Source: Octopus bimaculoides (taxonomy: Eukaryota). Taken from it: DNA of 64,000 nt. The notes under the pieces are model-generated. The model was given only the letters and a program-made list of their open reading frames with translations. It had not been told where the DNA came from and did not search any database. Shown piece by piece: positions 49,601 to 61,600 of the stretch; the stretch's first letter is position 1, and each line of letters begins with the position of its first letter. The stretch is taken from NCBI RefSeq assembly GCF_001194135.2, contig NC_068981.1, forward strand, positions 155,007,043 through 155,071,042, read 5' to 3'. The position numbers were made by a program, and so were the translations under genes.

Positions 49601-52600
49601 CTGTCATGTCTCACAAATGAACCTTTTTTGGACCAAATAGTGGACAGGTGACAAGTACTGAAAACAGTGGGAAAAGGAGGAACACCAGCACCCCAGGCTA
49701 AAATTCTTCACCCACATAAGGTGTTATCTGTTTGGTGGGATATGAAAGGTTTAGTCCACCTTGAACTTTTAAACCCAGACCAAATGATAACAAAGGACAT
49801 GTACTGTAAGCAGCTTGAGTCGGCGCTAGAAGTAAAATGACCATCTTTGGTTCCAAGATGAAAAGTGAATGCTTGGTCACATACAGCAAGGATGACATTC
49901 CAAAGGCTGGAGCAATTTGAATGGGGAACTATGCCCCACCCACCATATTCGCCAGATATTACTTCATCTGATTATCATTTATTCCGCAGTCTTCAAAACC
50001 ATTTGGCTGGAAAAAATATGAATTCTGTAGATGAGGTCAGAACAGTACTGGGGGAGTATTTTTCGTCATGGACAAGTGAATTTTGGAAGAGCATTGTAAA
50101 AAATGAAGGAGAGTATATTTTAGAGTAAAAAAAGAATATTATCTTAATTTTGAAAAGTAAAAGAAAACCACATTATTTATGGAGAGCCTATGTATTTTAC
50201 TGTTTTTAATGTGTGCTTTGGGGAAAAGAAGACTATATATTAAGTGTGGTATGGATCTATACATCAGGAACCTAGCACATTAAATTTACTAGAATTTTTT
50301 TTTTTGTTTTTACTGGCCCCTGACAATAGATGGTGGGGTGTTGTCTTGTGTGTGTATGTACCTGGTATATGAAGCTGTAGAGAGCATCTGCATTTAGTGC
50401 TATGAATTGGTTTAGTGAATAGTCTCTGTGTTTGAATGTTTTGATACGCTTTAGATTTTTAAGAGAAAATATAGAAAGGCTGGTCTTATTTAAACTCCAA
50501 TCTTTGGTGTGAGAGTGCAGAACTTTTAGCACTTGGAAGTGTAATCAAGTTTATGGATTTGTACAGCTTTCAGAACCAATGTTTTGGTGCAGTCCTCTGA
50601 GATCTTCCAGATTTTAGTCACTGCTTTTTCATGTTTTTATTTGTCCATTTGATACATGGAAGCAATTTAGGACTGTTGTATTGCTTCCATTTCATCAGTG
50701 AAGTTGGTATTATAAAGTGCCTTTCTAGAAGAGGAATTTTATTTAAAAACTAAGGACAAGTATCTTTTGACTGGACCAAAATTGGTGTTTTCTAAATATT
50801 CTCAAGATTCCATCCTGCTAGTAGTTTGCAAATTGTCATAGCATTTCATTAAAATAATCCTGTAATAGTAAACGTTACTTATAATTTGTATGTGTCACAT
50901 GGATTCTGATTAGGTATTGCATTACCTTGTACATCTACATTGCGATGTGCTATAAGGCTCATAAGGAATGTGTTGTTTCTATCAAATCAATGTCTTTCTG
51001 TAGGTTTTTGACACCATTGAGACTCTTAATTACTATTGATATTTTAATGTTATTGTTTGTAAAGATGGTAGTTCTGAGTAAGATTTAAATAAACTATTAT
51101 TCAAGAAAGAATTCAAAAACGATATAATCAGTGATTTACTTGCTTTAAAGATAGGTCAGCCAAACCTTTTTATTTTTCCTTTAGCATCAATGTGGCCTTT
51201 TGTTTTATTTTTTATGTAGAAAATTTTAAATTCTATAAACCCTTTTGAAGACTTGTCCATGTTAGCAGTGTTTTTGAATCCTTTAAATTTTCATAATCAA
51301 AACCATACTCATTCTAAAATAACATTTTAATGTGTGTATGTATATGCACATATGTCTATGGGTGTGGTGTTTGTATGTAAATTGTTGTGTGTGTGTGTGT
51401 ATGTGTACTTGCATGTGTACAGGTGGCCCATAAATGGCTTAATATATAATGTTATAGTAATGCAATATATATATATATATANNNNNNNNNNNNNNNNNNN
51501 NNNNNNNNNNNNNNNNNNNNNNNNNNNNNNNNNNNNNNNNNNNNNNNNNNNNNNNNNNNNNNNNNNNNNNNNNNNNNNNNNNNNNNNNNNNNNNNNNNNN
51601 NNNNNNNNNNNNNNNNNNNNNNNNNNNNNNNNATATATATTCATGCATTCTTGCTTTCATTGTTCTTGTTATATTAAATTTGGATCTTGGATAGATCTTT
51701 TTCTTTTGTTATTAACATTATTTTATTGTTCTTTTGTAGGAGCTTCATTGCCGAGATGAAAATCTATGTCAAATCTATTGGGAAGCGTAAGTATTTTAAA
51801 AGAATTAAAAATGTTTCTTTTATTAATGTTATATATTCTTATGTTTTATAGACTGACTCAAAATGTAACAACACTATACAATTTTTTTCCAAAATGTCTA
51901 AGCAGCTAAAATCTTTAATGACCATTTGATACAAAAAGAAAACCATTCTCATGTATGATTATTTATAACTACTTCATAACTTTCATTTGATTTTCTTTCT
52001 CTCTCTCTCATGTTAGATGTATCATCACGAGAGCATGGTTCAAATAAACAAGTGGCTTCCAAATCATGTGCTTTGTCTTTGGTACGCCAACTCTATCACA
52101 TGAATGTTATTGAAGCTTACACCGGTTTGAAGAAAAAGAAAGATGCTGATAAGGTATGTTCTTAAGGAATTTTATCACTATAGTAAAGCCTTTCCTTGAG
52201 TGCATTTTGGAATAATTATGTGGAGAGTTGTAGTTGTACCACTGGTGTGTGAACAGTACCTATATATTATGTATCACATATTCTTTTGGTTCTTGCATCA
52301 TAGAACATCTATGGGAAAAATTTCAAGATGGTGCGAGTGATTACTTATAATTGTCTCTTTCAATGTCGTTATTGCTTGCAAACCCAACATACACTGTTGT
52401 GCATTGTCACAGAGAGCCAACAGAATGCTTTAAGTCTTGATAAAATACCTTTATTTCATGTTTTTATAAAGTAATCATTACACTCAAAACTATTTGTAAA
52501 TATTTTTATCATTGGGTGTAAACAAAGCAATGCACTGTGGGATGGTGGTAAAAAAAAGGGAAGGATTTGAAATGCATGTGTAGATGTTTACTAATTCAAG

Positions 52601-55600
52601 TAGGGGCAGGTCAAGTGAAATTGTTTGAATTTGAATGTTGTTTGTGGAAGAAATGGGAGTCCCATGGTGTTGTACAAGCTCACAGTTGGAAAAAAAAAAT
52701 AATGGTGGGAATGACATAGAGAATTGAATGATGGACTACAGGCTTAAGATATCTGTACTTATTTTGTCAATGAATGCTGACCAGTTTCTCATATATATAT
52801 ATATATATATATAACCAATTTCGATCACTGGCACCCGTGCCACAGTAAAGTGATTCTAAAATCCTCGTAGGAAAAGCAGTAATGTTGGTTTTAAGAAGGC
52901 AAAAAGCAATGAGTTCTAGTTAAGAGATGCTGGCACTTCTGAATATCAAAATAGTCCAGTGTTGTGACACAGGCTGTGTTCATTGGAGTTGTATGATGCT
53001 TGTGTATAAACAGTGATAATGCATGGTAGTGAGACATTGAAACTCTAAGCAGGGAATGTGCATAGGTTGGAGAGGAATGAAGCGAACATGATCTGCTGGA
53101 TATAGAATGTCTGTGTATGACATGAACTGATAAAAAAACTGGGTATAAAAGTAATCAGTTGTAGTGTGCAAATGAGATGGTTACACTATTATATAGAGGT
53201 AATGTGTAATGAATTATTCACGTGGGTGAATAAGTACCAGGAGATGTGTGGGAGAGGAAGACGGGGACAGAAGTGGTAGAGGTTGATATCCGGATACTCA
53301 ATCATACAAAGGTGATGGCAAAGGAATGTGACAAGTGATGGGATACCATGTTAAGGGCCTATCCAGCTCATGCAAGTATAGTAAAAATGAACTTAAAATG
53401 TTAATTGTGTTATAATCTACTAGTTCTGTGTGTATATTGTGTGGTTGAGAATTTAATGATAATAATACAGGTATTTGAACCAAGTGTGCTTTTACTTCAT
53501 ATCATTTACAGATACCACCATTTGAAGTTTCCATTAGTCCTGAATTGGAAACTAGTCTGGATGAAGCTTTGCATGCATGGAATATCGAGCCTATTCAAGT
53601 AGTAAGTTGTTTATTTATTATTAAGTAATAAATTTACGGTGTTTTAACTTGATGCCTTTTATATAACATTTTCTCATTAACTATTTAATTTCTATCTACA
53701 TTTTAAAGCCTGCTGAACTTTCCCCGGAGCCATTCTCACTAGTAACTCATACTCAACTGGATGAATTTGTTCCTGCACCTAAACGTCCTCAGCCAGGTGT
53801 GGTTTCTTGGTGTCCACCACAACCCAACTGGAACCCTTGGACAAATTGTAACATCGATGAAGGTCCTTTGGCGCATGTGAGTAAAACATTTTATTGTGTG
53901 TGCAAGAGAGTGCCATGTGTCTCCAAAATAAAAGAATATAAGTTATGATATGAAAGGAATGGCAGAAAGCTGAATGTAGTGCGTGGAATTCTTGGACTTC
54001 TTGTTCTTGTGGAAATAACCTCTTTACTGGCATGTCTCTGTTTTTTTTTTAACTATTATATATACATAAAAGGAACTGCTTTGCCTGAGCAGGTTTTTCA
54101 ACGAAGGGTTTGATCTTTATGTAATTGTAAATCCAAAAAGATGCATTTGTAAAATTGGTTGTAAAGAATTAAAATATAACCTAAAAATGTATAATATAGT
54201 GATGCAGTATTAACTGCCTCTTGGATGTTGTTTACTGTCAAGCTAACTCTGATCAGGTGAATCCAGTTGAGATCATCCTGTCATTTTATGAGTATCTAGG
54301 ACTAAGGCTTGAAAGTTATTGGTTGGTTATATAGATGAAATGGACTGCTTCCTAATTCTATGTTCAGATGCTTTCTGTATTGACTTCACATTCCAATTTT
54401 CTATAATAGGTAATGTAAAACACTAAACTTTTTTTTCACCGATAAAAGTTTACTTATTACCATTAATATAAAAAAAAAGTATGTTGAAACAATAGATCCT
54501 TCCAAAAATTGCCTTTCTTTTCGTCAAACTGGAGTCAATAAAAGTACCTGTCAATTTTTAGGGGCAGATTTAATTAACTCCTCCTGTCTATTCATATGAC
54601 TTTGCATCAGTTAGAATTAATTATTATTATTTATTTTCTGTGATTATTATTGTTATTTAGGCCTCAATGGAACAAATCAGTCAGGATGTGTACCGGTCAC
54701 TAGAAGAACAGAGAGCCAATGATAGAGATCTTCAGGCTGTAAGTCCTCATTGCTTAATTGTATATGTTACTATATTTTTATGTCTGAGACCGTCTATATC
54801 TTTATTGCTAATAATTTTGGCAATAAAGTTGTATGTTAAATAATATTTATTTTGAAAATATTAATAGTAGATACATTTTCTTTGAATTAAGTTTTAGTTC
54901 AGTTATTTTGAGCAATGATACCTTTTTTGGTTCATGTTGCCATGAATCAATTTAAGCAGAATCAAAACCAATGAACTTGTGTTAGTGTAGCATTTTAATT
55001 TTACTATCATATTTTCCATACTCTTCATATTTCCTTGTGAGAGTAATACATGTGAATATTTTTTCCATATTGTAACAGTAGTATCCAGCATGAGGAAAGA
55101 ATTAGAAAATTATTATTTTAGCAGGTGTTTGTTGAATGAAGCATGGATGATCTATTCCAGTATGACTAAAATTAAATGTCAATATACCATTATGATATTT
55201 TCTTTTTTTTTTATTTTAAACATCTTTCATTGAATTTTTTCTGTTTTCAGATGCTCCATGATCGAAGCAAGTTACCTATCAATCAATCTAGAGATCATAT
55301 TGTACACGTTATCAAAACTTCCCCGGTTGTTCTCATAAGAGGAGAAACTGGATGCGGTAAAACAACACAGGTAATTGACTTTGTTGTTTTATTTGTGAAA
55401 GAAATTAAAAAATTACTTGCAAAATGTGCGAGTAAAAGTAAATATGCAGGTTTAAGTGCTCCTATTGCTCACATGATTAAATCACAAGTCAAACTTAAAA
55501 GATAGATACTGAAAGATGAATGATAGTCTTTTTAGATATTGTGTCTTAAAAAATAAAAAAAAATAAGGTTGTGGCTGAAAGGCTTTTGAATGGGTCAGAC

Positions 55601-58600
55601 AATGAATATTTGAAAATTTCATATGTAAATCTAAATTTTTATTACCTTAACCTTTTCGTTACTATATTTCTGACCAAAATACACCCTTCATGAGTTTCAA
55701 TTAAATTCTAAAATAATCATGAATTTAGACTAGTTTCATTAAACAACTGTAACTTTTTTACTTATCAACATATGCTTTCCTGGCATATACTATCAGAAGC
55801 GTACCCTTCCTTTATACTCCACCATGCCCTCATCAACAGGTAAGTATCTCTCAGGGTTGTAAAATATTTTATATGCATTTTGAAAGCAGTCGATGAGGGG
55901 TCTTATTTTAAATAAGAGATCAAAGTTTGGTTCTCCATGTATTGTGGCACTGCTAGTATCCCTCACATGTCGATACTGGTTCAGTTTCACAAATCATATT
56001 CAGATCATAATACTGGAAACATACTGATTGCCAAAAGGTTCCTGATTGTTCCAGTAATTTGTAATCCTGGGTAACTGTCTAATAACCCATAAAAATATTT
56101 ATGGTAAAAAAATGCCCGTATTTCTTGTGGGAAACCACAAGCTATCTTTTTTTCCAGCTTCCTTACATTCTGCGTAACGGTTTGTTTCTTCAGTGATCAC
56201 TTCAAACAAGTATGCTGGAAAAAATAAGAAGGAAATGTCTAATGGTTTCGCTTCTTGAGAAAGACTATAAGTAGACCCTGTCTCCTCAGAAAAATTGTTA
56301 ATAAAAACATTTTTAAAGTTTTTACTCCATTCTGGTGTAAAATCGTCCTCGCTATCGCTGCTTTCAGTTTCTTCAGAATTGCTGCTTTTGGACTCCGATA
56401 CACAAATATACGATTCATTTTCGTTCACCATGTGCTTTTGTACCTCATTCATTCTTTTTCTCGATATCTCCATATCTTCCATTGAAAAGCCTTCAAATTT
56501 GGAATCACTGCTTGATAGCATGAAACTCCTCTTCATCTTCAAAGTTTTAAAAAATCAGCACCGTAAAAATGTGGCAAAAAATCTTTCAAAATTCACCGAG
56601 TTCAAATATCGCGCCAAACAATGTTGGATACAATAGCTCAAGTATTTACAAAGTGAAATCACGTTTCTCACGAATATACTAACAAGATTTGTGTTCAAAT
56701 TTACATTTAAATAACTCTTGGGTACTCACGGCTGGTTATGGCCGGGTTGGTCTTATGAACCAAAATGTTTTTTAGCCGGCTACAGCCAGGCTTGTATCAA
56801 AAGGGTTAACTGTGAAAATCCTGTTGTTTTTTCTCTATATTAATCTCCCAATCCTGTTAGGAACTAGAGATTTTAATGAAATGCAGTTAGTTGAGTATAA
56901 AAATCATAAAAATATAACTGTTGCATGTATTCAGACAAAATTTACTGATATGGTATAATGATGATTGGTGTACATTGTGAATGATTTTTTTTTTTTTTTT
57001 TTTTTTTTGGTAATTTTTACCTGTTGTCATATCACATTCACGTACAAAGGAAAGTTGAATACAGTTAAGTTGATTACATATAAGTGTTTTCACACAATTT
57101 TGATTCCTGAGCATTGAGTTTACAGTCACAGAGCTGAATTTGTACCTCAGTTGGTCTCTAACTTGGAAACTGCACAACTCCTAAAATCATGTTGAAGAGC
57201 TCAATTACCACTGAGGCCTTGCTCCTGCATAAAATTATAAAATTTCCCAGTGAAGATGTATCACTCATAAAATGCACATTTTACATGATTGATAACTTTG
57301 TGGCTGAAAACAGTTTACATATTTTTTCTTTTCTTTTTATGCTGCTTGACTATAATGATTGAAGCTTTTAAATCTGATGTTGGTTTAAATCTTTCTATTT
57401 TTAGGTCCCTCAGTTTATTTTGGACGGCATGGTTGCAGAAGGCAAGGGTGCTGACTGTAATATAATTGTGACTCAGGTAAAACTCTTAAAATACTTAAAA
57501 GTTAGTTTGCCATGTAATAGCAAAAATTATTAGTTAGACATTTAAAAGCAAAAAAAAAAGAGAGAGAGAGAAAGAAAAAATAAATTATTCTATTCATTTG
57601 TGAACATCAACACTTATCTTTGACTGTTTTCTGTTAGGTGCATTGTTAGTTTAATAAGGGTCACTCTTTGCCTGTGTACAAGTTAATCTGTGATAGTCTG
57701 AATTTGTACATATTAGTTAATATTTCAGTGTCTCTCTTACTTTTAGTTTAAGTCATCTTAACAGCAACTATTTTTAAACATTTAGCTTAAAGTATAAAGT
57801 TATGAGTTTTTAATAATTTTTACTGTATTTTTCTTTTCTTAATTGCTACAATTTAATGACTTGCAAGGTTCAACACTTAACCTGTGCTACAAGATAGCAA
57901 AAATTCCACTGTTGTTTTTGCAAATTATTCCTAAATTTTCATAATACTTCAAATGCATTAAAGAAAATAACAACAAAAAAAACACACATCCTGAATTCCA
58001 ACTTTTATGACTAATTAATTCCATCACTTTGAATATGCCACTTCCCTTAACACAGAATATTAAGCCTGTAGTCAACTGATACATTCATTCATATTAGGTT
58101 CCCATTAATCTCTGAAAAAAAACATCTTTCCATTATTGATTTAACAAATGAGTGTATTTGTGGATTGTTCAGTATGTATTAGTAATATCTGTTGTAAATT
58201 ACAGCATTGAGAAATACTGCTTGTAAATAATTAGTCACTAAAATATTTCAGTTAGTCTTCAATCTCAGATTCTGTTCTGTAATATGGTATCATTATATAT
58301 AGGGGTCATATTGTAGTTGACTGACTCACAGTGTCTTTACTAAGCTATTGTCTTCATCCAGCCTAGAAGAATCAGTGCCGTATCCATCGCCGAAAGGGTC
58401 GCTATGGAAAGGAATGAGAACTTGGGGCTGAGTACTGGCTACAGTGTCAGATTTGAAAGTGTTCTACCTCGGCCCTATGCAGCTATTCTCTATTGTACAT
58501 TAGGTATGTACCTCCAGAAAGTTCTTTACTATTTACGTTTTTTTTTAATGAACAAAATGCTCTGTCTTATTCTGTTCATAATGTAATCTTCTCAGATCTA

Positions 58601-61600
58601 TGTTTAATTTGTTCTGTATTAAATTGATGTATCACTATTGTATCTTTGATTTCAGGAACATTATTACGACGATTAGAGAATGGCTTGCGTGGTGTTTCTC
58701 ATGTAATTGTTGATGAAATCCATGAAAGAGACATAAATGTAAGTTACAGTAATTACATAGTTTGTTTTGTCTCTTTTCTAATACTCTTCCTACCACTATC
58801 ATTGAGGTTGTTTTCCAACTGGTCAGATTGCATGAATATTCAGACAACATAAATGCAGCTGGTTTTATGAATTCATCTTATGCTCATACTTCTTTTATTT
58901 TTTTTTTTTTCCTTCTATTAAATTTTAGACTGACTTCTTGTTGGTGTTACTCCGGGATATGTTAGCAACTTATAGTGAACTGCGTGTTGTACTTATGTCT
59001 GCTACTGTAGATGTAACTCTGTTCTGTGAATACTTCGGCAATTGTAGAGTGGTAGAAGTTTATGGCCGAGTTTTTCCAGTTCAAGGTTAGTCGTATTTAT
59101 TATCAGTAGTTTCCTTCTGTATTATAGATGGAACAAAAAATTTATGTTTATGTATTTTAAAATCAATGTATAATTACTAAGGAATTTTTTTCTTGGTTTT
59201 TCATAGATTATTTCTTAGAGGATTGTATTCAAATGACTAATTTCGTGCCACCACCATCAGATAGAAAGAAAAAGAAAGAGAAAGATGAGGATGGAGAAGA
59301 TGGTGACAAAGAGGTAATCTTATGATTCTCAAATAGTACCAGAATTTGTATTAATATATATATATTTTTCCATCAATCATTTTCAATTGGAGCAATACTT
59401 CTGTGTATTATGTTCAACCTCTGAAGTTTATTCAAACTGATTAGAAAGCTCCATATTTATTAAGTACAACATGTATGAGGATATAAATAAAAATAATTTT
59501 TGTAGCTTTTTCTTTACATTTTTACTGTTAGTATATTTCTTTACCTATTTTCCTTAGAAGACAATTTAGTATATTTCGACTCTTTATTTTACAGGAAAAT
59601 TGCAATTTGCTGATATCTGGTGACTACTCAGAAGCCACTCGAAGAGCAATGGCTATGTTAAATGAGAAAGAAATGTCATTTGAATTAATTGAAGTAAGTT
59701 CTATTTTTAATGCAATAGGATAAGATTTCAAGCATTGTTAGTAATAGTAGTCAATGTTGAATATTAGAATGATTAAAAAATCCTGTATTCTTGTAACATT
59801 ACATCTTGTTTCTTGTCAGGCATTACTACAATACATCAAAAGTCTGAATATTCCCGGTGCTGTCTTAATTTTCTTACCTGGCTGGAATCTCATCTTTGCT
59901 CTACAGAAACACCTGGAGATGTCGGCTGAGTTTGGTAAGTTTGATTGTCTTAAGTTAGCACTTTTGTTTCTTCCTTTTTTTTTTGTAGTTTTTGGACAGT
60001 AGCTAATACAAGCACATCTACATAAAATATTACTTTCAATAACCTTTTTGAACTTCTGTAAAAAAAATTTTAAGTTCTGATTTTCTTACCAGTGAGTGTA
60101 ATGATATTCTAAATCCCATTATAAAATATTACATTTTCAGGCTCTTCTAGGTATCGAATTCTTCCTTTACATTCACAAATACCTCGAGAAGACCAAAAGA
60201 AAGTATTTGAAAGCGTGCCACCTGGTATTACGAAGGTAAGTTTACCTTGTACTGACTATGATTTTTAGAGTAATAAATTAATAATTGAAATAATACCCGC
60301 TTTTTTCTTTCACTATCATCATCATCATCGTTTAACGTCCGCTTTCCATGCTAGCATGGGTTGGACGATTTGACTGAGGACTGGTGAAACCGGATGGCAA
60401 CACCAGGCTCCAGTCCGATTTGGCAGAGTTTCTACAGCTGGATGCCCTTCCTAACGCCAACCACTCAGAGAGTGTAGTGGGTGCTTTTACGTGTCACCCG
60501 CACGAAAACGGCCACGCTCGAAATGGTGTCTTTTATGTGCCACCCGCACAAGCCAGTCCAGGGGCACTGGCAACGATCTTACTTGGCTTGCCGGGTCTTC
60601 TCACGCACAGCCCATTTCCAAAGGTCTCGGTCCGTAGTCATCGCCTCGGTGAGGCCCAATGTACGAAGGTCTTGCCTCACCACCTCAGCCCAGGTCTTCC
60701 TGGGCCTACCTCTTCCACGGGTTCCCTCAACTGTTAGGGTGTGGCACTTTTTCACGCAGCTATCCTCCTCCATTCTCACCACATGTCCATACCAGCGCAA
60801 TCGTCGTCTAATTTTCCTTGTCATTTCTTATACTACTTGTTCACATTTCATATAATTATTCCATATAAATTCCTCAAAAGACTCAAATCTTTCTGATAAT
60901 GTATCATTTTGGAAATAAGAATCAAAATCGAGATATTTATTTGTTTTTTAAATTTTTTTTTGACAACACTAAAGTCTGTGATTTACATTAGTTACTATTT
61001 AGTTGCATTTCTAACAAAATGGTAACCCTTTGTTTTTTAGATTATTCTCTCAACCAATATTGCTGAGACCAGTGTGACCATCAATGATGTCGTCTATGTC
61101 ATTGACTGTTGCAAGTAAGTTTAAAATTATCCCAAGTCTTTGTTACTATTATTGTAATGTCTGCATTTCTTAGTTAACATTCTACAATGTGGTTTTATTG
61201 GTATATTTCAGAGCTAAAATGAAACTCTTCACTTCACACAACAACATGACTAATTATGCTACTTTATGGGCTTCCAAAACTAACTTGGAACAACGTCGTG
61301 GGCGTGCTGGACGTGTTCGGCCTGGATTCTGCTTTCATCTTTGTAGCAGAGCCAGGTATGAAAGGTGAGTGATAGTGCTTTGTATACTTCCTTCATAAAA
61401 TTCCATTCAGTAAATTAAAAAGACAAAATATATTGTAATAAATCAGTAAGCTATAACAATGTTAGTGATATGAACATAATTTGTTAGTAATTCTTTAATC
61501 TTTAAGCATAATACTCATTAAACAAGGCATAGTAAAATGTAACTTTACTTTGAGAATTTGTTTACATACTATTTAAAGAAATGTATATTGGATGCTTTTG

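Noticed and set aside
51327-51759. ORFs spanning the N gap
   Set aside because: Open only because of N and TG/AT repeats.
56255-56636. Plus-strand ORFs in intron 11
   Set aside because: Antisense shadows of the piggyBac remnant.
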